Translations under genes and position numbers: made by a program
Source of the DNA: Obrimoposthia wandeli
Taxonomy: Eukaryota
DNA length: 64,000 nucleotides
Direction of reading: 5' to 3'
Assembly: GCA_977020255.1 (NCBI GenBank)
Contig: CDROCS010004540.1
Coordinates: 1-64,000, forward strand
Notes under the pieces: generated by a model
The model's input: the letters and a program-made list of their open reading frames with translations, nothing else
Told to the model about the DNA's origin: nothing
The model's database searches: none
Part shown: in pieces, positions 18,951 through 28,644 of the stretch
Position numbering within the stretch: the first letter of the stretch is position 1
Layout of the letters: each line of letters opens with the position of its first letter

Positions 18951-19496
18951 TTACTCATAAGACAAATATTGCAAAACTTGTGCACGATTCGACTCTTTTG
19001 CTATCCATTCACGAATTTTATCCGCTTCTTTAACCGTTTCTTCGCCTAACATATCGACAAAACGCTGACGGCGAGTTTCTTCTGTCACCTGCTTACGCAC
19101 CTGTCGCTGCCACTGCTCGGTAAAGACCGCAGGCATTTTCGCCCCCAGATTAAGCGATTTTAATAATGACCATTCGCCTTTATCAAGCCAAGCTTCATCA
19201 CAATTAGCACATAAATCTAAGCGGTTATCATGCCCACTGGAGATTCGATACTTGGTCATGATGCGACTGCACTTTGGGCAACCCATTGCTGCATGAGTAT
19301 TTTCAGCATCTTCAACGTGTATTTCTTCTGCTTGCGCACTCTCAGTTGCAGAAGCAATACCAAAACGCTCAGCCCAGTCTCTGTAATACAACAGAGAGAC
19401 AAATATACCTTGGCACTCGTTACATCCCATCGCTGATAAACCCTGCTCCATCTTAGTCGGGTGTAAATCAGGACTTTTACATTTTGGGCATTTCAT
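18951..19496 (-). CDS. Double zinc-ribbon (zf-TFIIB-type) protein
   Basis: CPKC..CNEC and CPKC..CANC..WLDKGE. AAGGA SD upstream. Confidence 0.8.
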   Translation of the reverse strand: MKCPKCKSPDLHPTKMEQGLSAMGCNECQGIFVSLLYYRDWAERFGIASATESAQAEEIHVEDAENTHAAMGCPKCSRIMTKYRISSGHDNRLDLCANCDEAWLDKGEWSLLKSLNLGAKMPAVFTEQWQRQVRKQVTEETRRQRFVDMLGEETVKEADKIREWIAKESNRAQVLQYLSYE

Positions 19497-19511
19497 ATTA
19501 GCTTCCTTACT

Positions 19512-19556
19512 TTTTACTATCTATCGTTTTACTATCTATCGCTCTAAAATCTATGG
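19512..19556. repeat. 15-bp tandem repeat (2 exact copies plus 1 degenerate)
   Basis: ttttactatctatcg x2, then ctctaaaatctatgg, directly 3' of the ATPase stop. Confidence 0.75.
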
Positions 19557-19558
19557 TT

Positions 19559-22500
19559 CTAGTTTTTATCGACTTTTTTAACGCTGTATTCTGTTTCCAA
19601 AGCCCTTAACTGAGTTGAAATTTCTTTCATCTTGTCATGAGTTTTTAAATCGATATCAATTTTTCGATCCATCGAACGCACAATGGGAAAGATACTATTT
19701 TCCATGGTATCGGCTAAAGCTTTCAGTATTTTATCCAACCCCGGCACTGGTTGGTTGATGACTTCAACTTTAGGTGCAATTTGCTTTGAGGACTGTTGAG
19801 CAATGAGTTTGATCCCATTAGAGACTACTGATGCAAATTGGCTCAACGATTGATTCAATCCTTCTAGCTGCTTGATACTCGCAGTTTCATAAGGCTGTTC
19901 TTCGCTTCTGCGCAATGCCTCTGCATTTCTAAAAAGTATCTCTTCGTTTCTGTAGTGTGCTTCTGTTTCTATACGAGATTGCTTATCCCGCTCACGCATT
20001 TGATGTGTTTGCTCGGCATTTTCGCCAAGAGATTTCACGCCATTCACAAGATCAACAAGTTGCGCAATGACCTTCCCACCCACATCCGCATCATCACCAC
20101 CCATGGCTTTGTTACGAATAAAGTCGGCTTTTATCTTCGCCCAGCGAGTAGCTTCTTCATCGGTCATTTCACCGCGCAGCTCTGCCAGCTTCAATAAATT
20201 TTCTTCAGAGCCATTAGTTAATAACTGTGATTCACCAACATAATGATCGGCAATCATCTGCATCAACTCGCCATGATTCATAACCGAAGATACTTTTTCG
20301 GCCATTTTATTCATATTACGATAACTACCTTGCAACCTAAATGAAGGCTCAATACGGTATTCATCCGACTGTGCAGCCGAAGCGATATATTGCTGATTAA
20401 TTTTCAATACCACATCTTGAATGACAAACAGCTTTTTCAATACAGCCGTTATTTCATTAATCTCAGCACCACTGTATTGATGACTTAAATCAGTGGTCGC
20501 AATACTTTCGCCTTTCGTCATGCGCACAATTTTATAGAGATCGTTTAAATCTCGTGTTGCTAAAGGTGCTAGAACAGAATTCGAAGTCATACAGTTTTCG
20601 ACATAACTCAATGCAAATTGCTCATCCATACCTCCTAGAATGTCACCTAGGTTGTAAATATCCGCACGGTTTGCCAACATATCAGGCACTTGGAAAGCTT
20701 CGCCTGTTTCGGTATAGGGGTTACCCGCCATAACGACGCAGAACTTTTTACCGCGCATGTCATAGGTTTTAGTTTTCCCTTTCCAAATACCTTCGATGCG
20801 ACGAGTACCATCACATAAAGAAATAAACTTCTGTAAAAACTCAGGATGCGTATGCTGAATATCATCGAGATACAGCATCACGTTTGTTCCCATTTCTAAA
20901 CCGAGATTTAATTTCTCTAATTCTTGACGGGCAGTCGCATTCGGAGCTTGCTCTGGATCCAGCGATAAAACATCATGCCCTAATGAAGGACAATTAATTT
21001 TCATGAAGATCAAACCTAAGCGGCTTGCGACATATTCCATCAGAGTCGTTTTACCGTAACCTGGTGGAGAAATCATCATCAACAAACCCATTAAATCAGA
21101 ACGTTTATTCTCACCTAATGTCCCCATTTGCTTGGCTAAGTTATCACCAATTAATGGCAAGTAAGATTCATTAATTAAACGGTTACGTACAAAAGAGCTT
21201 AGTGGCTTAGGCTTAAACGATTCAAGACCTAACAAGTCTCTTTCTTGCTCAATAATTCCCTGACGCATTTTATGATAATGATGAAAACCCGTAACAACAC
21301 GCTGTTGATGGTCATCTAAGCGCTGTAAGAATTCATCAATCGCCAATGTCATCGTTTGCTTATCGATTCGAGGGTGATCACCCAATAAACCAGTAATCGT
21401 TAATTCAGTATCGACTTCCGTGGGCCGACGTTCTATTCGACCTTCGGCATTGATCATCGCCACGGCTTCCGGAATATAGCGCGATAAGTGTGTTAGCCCC
21501 TTACCTTCTACTAATGCGGTCAACCAAGATTGAGTCAAATTCCAGCGCTGAGCAACTTTTCCTTTGAGCGTATCCAGCGTGCCATTCAACTTACGCCACG
21601 AAGAAGAGTCTAAAGAATTCTTCAATTCGTTAACAAGTTGCTGTGCATATTTACTGGCAATAAATTCAATACGATCACGGCCTAATTCATGCACAAAATA
21701 ATCAGAACTTCTGCTTAATTCATGCTGCGTTGAAGGCAAACCATAATGATCATTAAAATCCGTTAATGCTTGCAGTATTTCAGCACGTAATAATTGAATC
21801 GCTTTGTTATTATTAAAAATTTCTTTCATTTGAAAAGCTGATTGCGCGCGCTCGTGCCAGCTTTGTGTTTGTATTTTCAATGCTAACAAATTGTCTGCCG
21901 CATCACTTTCTAGATGTTGAATATTGGCCCAGAAAATTTGCGCAAGTCCACGACATAATGGATCAAATCTTAATTGATCAGCACTGTCCAGCGCCGGTAA
22001 TAATTTCTGTAATAGCAATACTGCATCGTGGTCATGAATACCTTTTTCATAACCTTCTTTATAACGTGGATTAGCAAAATCACGCACTAAGCTGCTGAGC
22101 TTAGCTTCGTCTAATAATGCATGTTTAAGCAATTCGTTATTCAGACCATCAGTATTGTTGTCTGCCGCTTGTATGATTAAGGCAACTAGGTATTCACTGC
22201 GATAAACCTCTGGGCTTTCAGATTCAATCGCCATTTCCCAGAAAGGTCTTAACTCTATTAAATCAGTACGGGTTAACTCTTCAAAATAATCGGTACCGGT
22301 TAAGTGAATGTTTAGCTCACCATTTCTCGGCACTATGGTTAAATCGAGTTCTTGGGTATTAACACTGAATTTATGACGCGGGCCCAGCTTAATAACATTG
22401 CCGCCATCTTCATAAATATCTGTTTTATCTCTTAGCGAGCGTAACGCTTGTTCTTTTATTGACTTAAAACGAGATTCGACATCATCCGCTTTAACTGAAT

Positions 22501-25018
22501 TTTCTAATTCACGTAGGCGCTCGACCATGTCTCGGGTTTTAAGTACCAATGAATCGGAAGCAAAATAGGTATTAAGTTGCTCGGCATCGGTAAACTTTAA
22601 CGAACGGCGTTCGATACTGCTTAATATTCTATTCGCCGCATCCGTCACTGATTGCGCTTTGCGTAATCGTTCATCAAGCAATAACTGCTTATGACTTTCG
22701 AAAGATTGATAAACTTCATCTCTCTTCGCCATAATATCGCTAAGAAACTCTTCGAAGTCGCTGAACTGGCTTTCCAGTTCTTCTAGCTGTACTAGTAAGC
22801 GAGATAGCTGTTCATCGCAACGCTCTGGAGTCGTCGACATCCCCAAAGCATTTGTAATACTTTGTGAGAATAATTTAAATTGGGCGCTAAACTGAGCGAC
22901 TGCCTCTTCTGAACCTACCGATTTCTGCTTATGCTTAGCGGCCGCCTTGCTTTGATTCAGCTTTGAGTAAACTTCAGAAATAGCATCAATAATACGAGTA
23001 CGTACCGTCGCATCATTTACTTTAAGTGAGGACATCAACTCTGATAATAAATCTAGGCCTGAAGCAGTTTCTTCAATTTGTTCGATAATAGGTGCCAATA
23101 TGGCAATGGTTTCAGCATCCTTTACGTCCTTATCAAACGTTTTAATCTTGTCGAAATACGGTGATAGCGCCGCATCTTGAGATAAGAATTCAACCGTGCT
23201 TTCGCTGAGTTTCTCTTGCGCCTGAATTAATTGCTGATCCAACTCTTCTAAACGATCAGTATTGATATAACGGTATTCTTTGATCGTTGCGAGATGGCCA
23301 CGCTGCTGGCGTAATGAATTTAACGCTGCAACAAACTCTTCTGCTACTTGCCAATTTTCAGGACGAATAGAGATAATGAGTTTTTGCTGTTCTTCTTCTG
23401 CATTTGCCATCGCAAGTTGAGACTGCTGGCGAATACTCTGAACTTTTTCAAATTCATCAATAACGAGTTCAGAGGTTGTTGATATTTGTTTTATTAAAGC
23501 CGCTATCGAATTATTTTTATCGACGAGAGCTTCCTGACTGCTTGAATACTCTTCAATCCAATAATGTGAATCAAAAAAACGATTGGCTGTTTTACTGAGT
23601 TCTTCATAAATTCTTGCTGATACCGTTTGATCAGAAATCATGCGATGCAAACTGTATAAGTCAGAGACACCACGAACTAATGAGGCATTCCCTATCTTGC
23701 CAAAGAAGCTCTGGCTAACATCTGCGCGACTGGCATAGTCCACACTGACATACGCCGTTTGCCAAATTTGCATTGGGTGTATACGTGTTGGTTCATTCTC
23801 AGCCGAGAAAATCACCAGTATGCCATCTTCTGCCAGCGCATAACCGTGACCGTAAATAGGGTTTTGCATCGACTTGCTGATTAGATTGTAAGAAAACAAA
23901 CCAAACAAACCTTGCTCAGGCTCATAAAAAACAAATAATACATCTTCCCCATTCGGGGATTTAATCATGCGCTTAAATTTAAGCGACTGGCCATTTTCAA
24001 GTGAGGCTAAAGCATCCCCTGCAAATGTTTTCATTTCGCCAGTTTGCAGGTAATAGCCGCCAGGAAATATAATGCCATGATCTTCTGGCAACTGGACACA
24101 AGACTGACCAATATCGTCAATTTTAACCACTTCATCGGTTAAGGAATTGAAAACAAAATAACGCCACTGCTCTTCACGATAAGGCAGTATTTTTAACAGT
24201 ATAAGCGCCCCGACACTGGCATAGAAAAACTGGCCATCATCTAAGGATTGAGTCCCGTCTTCAACAGGCTCACTATAAATGCCTTTACCATTTTCGGTAT
24301 TGTTTTCGATCTTAATGGTTAGATCACCATTAATCGTTTCTACAAATACTTTATCTAGAATATTAATATGAGGATGACGACCATGTTCAGTATTTTCACG
24401 ATCTGTGGCTGTCCATTCAAAATCGTATGCACTCGGCAACTGAATATCACGTTCGCCGCGATTATCAATATACGTTATATCTTTACCATCAGCAGAAATA
24501 GACCAACGGAAAACACGAATATCTTCTAGACGCTCACCAATTTGAAAGCCTGCTAATAACTTGCCATCTTTGACTGTTAGCTGCACAAGTCGAGTTTGCT
24601 TGTAATAACGATACAGTTCTAAGAAATCACTTTGAAAAGATGCTGACGTTAAAAAACTGTCTTTATGACTAACGGCTTCAAGGCTGTAACTTTCACCCTC
24701 AACATTTAATTTGAATAACGAGAATACATCTTCAATATGGGTTTCTTTTTTTAAACCAATAAATACGTTGTAACCAAAAAGAAGATAATCACCAATTTGA
24801 ACCATATCGCGTGCGACACAGTTATTTTCTGTGCGTACCCGTACTCGAGAAATAACACTCAGATCTGAACTTCCGAATTCAGATAAGCGCGCATCATTTA
24901 AAGCCCGAGCCTGCTGGTTTAATAATCGCCCTTGCTCGACTAAGCGCTTACGAATAACTTCATAGGCACCACCTTCTGCAACGGCATTTTCTACTTGATT
25001 GGGGTTTTGCTCAGCCAT
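19559..25018 (-). CDS. Giant AAA+ ATPase (DUF3686 / 'DNA repair ATPase' family), 1819 aa
   Basis: Walker A SPPGYGKTT, Walker B LYLDD, sensor-1 VMAGNPY, Arg-finger LANRAD. Beta-rich N-terminus and long coiled-coil middle. Gene context matches the Pseudomonas PA3728-like locus (from memory). Confidence 0.8.
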   Translation of the reverse strand: MAEQNPNQVENAVAEGGAYEVIRKRLVEQGRLLNQQARALNDARLSEFGSSDLSVISRVRVRTENNCVARDMVQIGDYLLFGYNVFIGLKKETHIEDVFSLFKLNVEGESYSLEAVSHKDSFLTSASFQSDFLELYRYYKQTRLVQLTVKDGKLLAGFQIGERLEDIRVFRWSISADGKDITYIDNRGERDIQLPSAYDFEWTATDRENTEHGRHPHINILDKVFVETINGDLTIKIENNTENGKGIYSEPVEDGTQSLDDGQFFYASVGALILLKILPYREEQWRYFVFNSLTDEVVKIDDIGQSCVQLPEDHGIIFPGGYYLQTGEMKTFAGDALASLENGQSLKFKRMIKSPNGEDVLFVFYEPEQGLFGLFSYNLISKSMQNPIYGHGYALAEDGILVIFSAENEPTRIHPMQIWQTAYVSVDYASRADVSQSFFGKIGNASLVRGVSDLYSLHRMISDQTVSARIYEELSKTANRFFDSHYWIEEYSSSQEALVDKNNSIAALIKQISTTSELVIDEFEKVQSIRQQSQLAMANAEEEQQKLIISIRPENWQVAEEFVAALNSLRQQRGHLATIKEYRYINTDRLEELDQQLIQAQEKLSESTVEFLSQDAALSPYFDKIKTFDKDVKDAETIAILAPIIEQIEETASGLDLLSELMSSLKVNDATVRTRIIDAISEVYSKLNQSKAAAKHKQKSVGSEEAVAQFSAQFKLFSQSITNALGMSTTPERCDEQLSRLLVQLEELESQFSDFEEFLSDIMAKRDEVYQSFESHKQLLLDERLRKAQSVTDAANRILSSIERRSLKFTDAEQLNTYFASDSLVLKTRDMVERLRELENSVKADDVESRFKSIKEQALRSLRDKTDIYEDGGNVIKLGPRHKFSVNTQELDLTIVPRNGELNIHLTGTDYFEELTRTDLIELRPFWEMAIESESPEVYRSEYLVALIIQAADNNTDGLNNELLKHALLDEAKLSSLVRDFANPRYKEGYEKGIHDHDAVLLLQKLLPALDSADQLRFDPLCRGLAQIFWANIQHLESDAADNLLALKIQTQSWHERAQSAFQMKEIFNNNKAIQLLRAEILQALTDFNDHYGLPSTQHELSRSSDYFVHELGRDRIEFIASKYAQQLVNELKNSLDSSSWRKLNGTLDTLKGKVAQRWNLTQSWLTALVEGKGLTHLSRYIPEAVAMINAEGRIERRPTEVDTELTITGLLGDHPRIDKQTMTLAIDEFLQRLDDHQQRVVTGFHHYHKMRQGIIEQERDLLGLESFKPKPLSSFVRNRLINESYLPLIGDNLAKQMGTLGENKRSDLMGLLMMISPPGYGKTTLMEYVASRLGLIFMKINCPSLGHDVLSLDPEQAPNATARQELEKLNLGLEMGTNVMLYLDDIQHTHPEFLQKFISLCDGTRRIEGIWKGKTKTYDMRGKKFCVVMAGNPYTETGEAFQVPDMLANRADIYNLGDILGGMDEQFALSYVENCMTSNSVLAPLATRDLNDLYKIVRMTKGESIATTDLSHQYSGAEINEITAVLKKLFVIQDVVLKINQQYIASAAQSDEYRIEPSFRLQGSYRNMNKMAEKVSSVMNHGELMQMIADHYVGESQLLTNGSEENLLKLAELRGEMTDEEATRWAKIKADFIRNKAMGGDDADVGGKVIAQLVDLVNGVKSLGENAEQTHQMRERDKQSRIETEAHYRNEEILFRNAEALRRSEEQPYETASIKQLEGLNQSLSQFASVVSNGIKLIAQQSSKQIAPKVEVINQPVPGLDKILKALADTMENSIFPIVRSMDRKIDIDLKTHDKMKEISTQLRALETEYSVKKVDKN

Positions 25019-25067
25019 GCGAGATCCTTGTGTTCTTACGATTGTCGTTCCGGACGATTAATGCAAA

Positions 25068-25086
25068 GGGCATAATAACTATGCCC
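25068..25086. other. Intergenic hairpin between the flotillin and ATPase genes
   Basis: GGGCATA-ATAAC-TATGCCC, with no clear U-tract on the coding strand. Confidence 0.45.
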
Positions 25087-25091
25087 TCGCA

Positions 25092-25142
25092 TTGTCTTAA
25101 ATACTAACTTGTCTTAAATACTAAGTTGGCTTAAATACTCAA
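25092..25142. repeat. 17-bp tandem repeat x3
   Basis: ttgtcttaaatactaac/ttgtcttaaatactaag/ttggcttaaatactcaa, directly 3' of the flotillin stop. Confidence 0.85.
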
Positions 25143-25147
25143 TCGTA

Positions 25148-27109
25148 TTAGCTATTAGTCGTGATTTCGCTATCACTACTTGCTTTCTTCTTGCTTTGAT
25201 TTTCCATCACGGTTGCTAATAACGCGCCGACTGTGCTGCTCTTCTGAGCAACACCATCAATCGCTTTACCTAATGATAGAGACTTAGAGAAGGTATCGAA
25301 GAAGTGGCCTTCACCACCCACAATATCGATTTTCGCTTTTTGCAGTGCTGTTGAAAGAACAGCCGCATTATCACGAGCAATCTCTTTACCTGCATCAAGG
25401 GTCGCTATTGCTTCTTTGAATGCTGTTTCTAAGCTCATACGGAATTCTTCGTGATCACGTGCTTGCTCACTCATGCCGCCCATAGCATCGAATTTCTCAA
25501 CCAGACCTTCGGCTTCTGCTTTAAAGTGCTCGCGAGTAACATCTGCTTCAGCAAGACCAACGTCCTTCGTTGCTTTCGCTTGTGCGCTGCCTTTTGCACT
25601 GATAACTTCTGCACCGGCCAAACCTGTTTCACGTAATGCTGTCGCTTCAGATGTGCCTTTAGCTGCAATAACGGATGCTTCTGCTAAACCTTCTTTTTCT
25701 AATGCTTCTGCTTTAGCTTCTTGTACTTTCGCTTCTGCTAAGCCAGTCGCTGCTTGCTCTGCTTGCACACCTTCGGCAAGTTTCTTCTTAGATTCAGCTT
25801 CTTTGGCAGATGCTTCTAAATTGGCTTGTGCCAACGTTGTAATTTCTACCGCTTTGAATTTAGCCGCTTGTTCTTGCGCTTCAGCCGCTTTCACTTGCTT
25901 AACTTTCAATTCATCAGCGTCACCTTCTGCAGCCAATACTTGTATTTGCTTCAAGCGATCGGCTTCAGAGACTTCACGTACTTCTTTAATACGCTCTTCT
26001 TCAATCGCCACGGTCTTATCAACAACAACACGTTCACGAATCACATTAGCAATTTCTTTTTTCTCGATTTCAATCGCTTTTTCAGCTTCGATAGTTTGCA
26101 AGTCAACTTCGCGATTACGCGCAACGATTTCTAGATCTCTAGCGCGGGTTACTTTTTCAACTTCAATAACGACAGCACGCTGACGATTCTGTTCGGCTAC
26201 TTCGACTTCACGCTTTTGATTTTCAGTTTGTACCGCTAAGTCTTGCTCAACTTGTATACGAGTCGACTCTGACTTGCCACGCTCTTCTTCTTGAACCTTA
26301 AGTGTTTCTGCTTCTTCACGGGCACGAATAGTTAAAACTTCACGCTCTTGCTTCGCTTCTGCATCCGCTTCTTGACGCTCTAGCTCCAACATGGCTTCAC
26401 GAGTTTCAACATTCTTCTTTTTAATCGCTAAATTTTCGTTTTGCTCAAGCTCATTAGTGATTACATTTTGATTCGCAGTTAATTCAGTAATTTTCTTAAT
26501 ACCTTCGGCATCAAGAATGTTATTAGGGTCTAGCGCATGCTTTGGCGTTTGCTCAAGATAATCAATCGCCACATCTTCTAATACATAACCATTTAAATCG
26601 TCACCAATAACTTCGACAATTTTTTCACGGAATTGTAAGCGGTTTTCAAACAGTTGAACGAATTCAATTTGCTTACCCACTGTTTTCAAAGCTTCTGAGA
26701 ACTTAGCGGCAAATAATTCATAAACCGCGTCTTTATCAGAGGCACGATCAGCACCAATCGATTTGGCAACTCGTAATACATCTTCTGAAGTTTCATTGAC
26801 TCGTAGATAAAAAGCAACGGTGATATCCGCACGCATATTATCTAAGCAGATCAAGCCGTCTTTTCCGCGACGATCTACTTCTAAAGTAATTAACGAGACC
26901 TTCATTAATTCTTTCTTATAGATAACTGGGATTACTAAGGCACCAGTAAAATGCACCTTAGGAGTCGAACTCATGTCATTGACGATTAAGGCAGTACCCT
27001 GCGCCACCTTTATATAAAAGGATTGAAAGACAAATAAAACCCCAATAATAATAAGAACAAAAATACCGATACCCGTTAGTATCGGCATTAATACTGATAA
27101 ATCAGCCAT
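25148..27109 (-). CDS. Flotillin-like SPFH/band-7 protein (YqiK-like)
   Basis: N-terminal TM, SPFH core (RADITVAFYLRV, FSEALKTVG), long E/A/K coiled coil and G.AEA repeats. Confidence 0.88.
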   Translation of the reverse strand: MADLSVLMPILTGIGIFVLIIIGVLFVFQSFYIKVAQGTALIVNDMSSTPKVHFTGALVIPVIYKKELMKVSLITLEVDRRGKDGLICLDNMRADITVAFYLRVNETSEDVLRVAKSIGADRASDKDAVYELFAAKFSEALKTVGKQIEFVQLFENRLQFREKIVEVIGDDLNGYVLEDVAIDYLEQTPKHALDPNNILDAEGIKKITELTANQNVITNELEQNENLAIKKKNVETREAMLELERQEADAEAKQEREVLTIRAREEAETLKVQEEERGKSESTRIQVEQDLAVQTENQKREVEVAEQNRQRAVVIEVEKVTRARDLEIVARNREVDLQTIEAEKAIEIEKKEIANVIRERVVVDKTVAIEEERIKEVREVSEADRLKQIQVLAAEGDADELKVKQVKAAEAQEQAAKFKAVEITTLAQANLEASAKEAESKKKLAEGVQAEQAATGLAEAKVQEAKAEALEKEGLAEASVIAAKGTSEATALRETGLAGAEVISAKGSAQAKATKDVGLAEADVTREHFKAEAEGLVEKFDAMGGMSEQARDHEEFRMSLETAFKEAIATLDAGKEIARDNAAVLSTALQKAKIDIVGGEGHFFDTFSKSLSLGKAIDGVAQKSSTVGALLATVMENQSKKKASSDSEITTNS

Positions 27110-27159
27110 AACAATTACTCCATTTGTTTTTAAGTTTTAAATTTATTAATTAAATTAGT

Positions 27160-27828
27160 TTATTTCAGAAATTCAGTTTCAGAGATAACTCGATAAGCAT
27201 GCTGGTCATTAAGGTATTCCAGCAATACAACACGATCACCTTTTTTATAGGTTTCGTTATTGATTGTTCGGGCCTTCAAAATCAACCCTGCTCCACCATC
27301 CGCTAAGAGTACTTCTCCAAAGCCAGAATCAAGTCGTAGTGAGCGCACGATTGCCGTTTGCCCAAGCAGATTTTTGACTGTATTTTTATTCATATTAGCA
27401 AACAAAGGTTTCAACGGCTTAATGACCTGTGCCGTGATCAATACCGCGACGTATAAGGAGCCGACAAGTATGGGCAAACCGACAATGTATTCTAAGAAGC
27501 CATCAGGTATAAACGGAAAGATAAAATACACGGCAAAGTAACAGATCAACCAGCCAAATAGGGCTAAGAGGGATATAACAATCGTTAACGGCACGCCATT
27601 TAAACCAAGTTTTAACAACAGTCCCGCCAACTGGTGCACACCACCGTCTGCATCAGTATCGCCTTCAGGCATATCAACATCTAATACATCTAAATCAATA
27701 ATACCCAATACTGCGATCAACCAATAAACAGCGGTCAATGCTAATAAGAGAGTGAAAAACAGCGTCGGAAATGAAGCTATATTCTGATAGAAAGGATCCA
27801 TTTTATCGCTTAAAAATATCGCAAACAT
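27160..27828 (-). CDS. YqiJ/NfeD-like membrane protein with C-terminal OB fold
   Basis: TM, acidic DLDVLDVD loop, further TMs, then GQTAIV..GEV..GDRVVLLEY. This is the typical flotillin partner. Confidence 0.75.
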   Translation of the reverse strand: MFAIFLSDKMDPFYQNIASFPTLFFTLLLALTAVYWLIAVLGIIDLDVLDVDMPEGDTDADGGVHQLAGLLLKLGLNGVPLTIVISLLALFGWLICYFAVYFIFPFIPDGFLEYIVGLPILVGSLYVAVLITAQVIKPLKPLFANMNKNTVKNLLGQTAIVRSLRLDSGFGEVLLADGGAGLILKARTINNETYKKGDRVVLLEYLNDQHAYRVISETEFLK

Positions 27829-27931
27829 TTTAACCTCCTTGTGTTAATTCACTATAAGCAAGGCGCACTATATTACCGATATTTCGATCCGTTAACAGCC
27901 GCTATTTTATTTTTCTAACCTTATTAAAAGG

Positions 27932-28618
27932 CTACTGTTTATTTTTTAATCGTTCCAATACATCTTTGGCTTGCTGACCTTGATTAGCAATTCCGGCTTT
28001 TTGCAATTTATCGTGCAAAGACTGTTCAGAAGTATTAGCGTGAAGCTCTTCTGTAGCCTGCAACTTCGCAGCATTCAGAGTTTGCTTCTGCTTAATTCGC
28101 TCTAACGAATCCATGGCTGTTTGCAATTTAGTATTAGACCCGGCATAACGTTGCGATACAGACTCTTGCGCGCGCTGCACACTCTCGGTCGCTTTCACGG
28201 TATCAATCTGTTGCTTCAAGCGCTTAATATTATTGTCCGCAGAGGCAATGGCCGCTTTTAAACTATTTGCACTGGCAGAAAAACCGTCAACAACCTCTGA
28301 CTCAGAGGATTGTAGATTTTCTAACTCAGCAATTTTTTCAGCAATTTCTAGCGCCAATACATCATCATTTTTTTCTAATGCTTTAATCGCATAACCTTCG
28401 TACTCTGTGATACTGCCTTTTAGCGTATTGACCTTCTGCTCGGCCACTTTTTGCTGTGCAATAATAGAGACAAGACCTTCTTTGGACAGCTTTAATTCAC
28501 TGGAGGCATCACGCACCTCTTGATCCAGAATTCGGAGCGCTTGAGTATCAACGACAGCCTCTCCTGCTTCATTCATTCCACCCCGTAATGCCGTTAACAT
28601 TTTTGACCATAAGTTCAT
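27932..28618 (-). CDS. PspA/IM30 (bacterial ESCRT-III) family protein, YjfJ-like
   Basis: Amphipathic start MNLWSKMLTALRG, LDQEVRDA, AIKALE, coiled coil, C-terminal VLERLK. GAGGAG SD. Confidence 0.9.
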   Translation of the reverse strand: MNLWSKMLTALRGGMNEAGEAVVDTQALRILDQEVRDASSELKLSKEGLVSIIAQQKVAEQKVNTLKGSITEYEGYAIKALEKNDDVLALEIAEKIAELENLQSSESEVVDGFSASANSLKAAIASADNNIKRLKQQIDTVKATESVQRAQESVSQRYAGSNTKLQTAMDSLERIKQKQTLNAAKLQATEELHANTSEQSLHDKLQKAGIANQGQQAKDVLERLKNKQ

Positions 28619-28644
28619 GATTGATCTCCTCGATCTAAGTTAAA

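Noticed and set aside
25473-26183. 236-aa plus-strand ORF
   Set aside because: Antisense shadow of the Ala/Glu/Lys-rich flotillin coiled coil, with no recognisable motifs.
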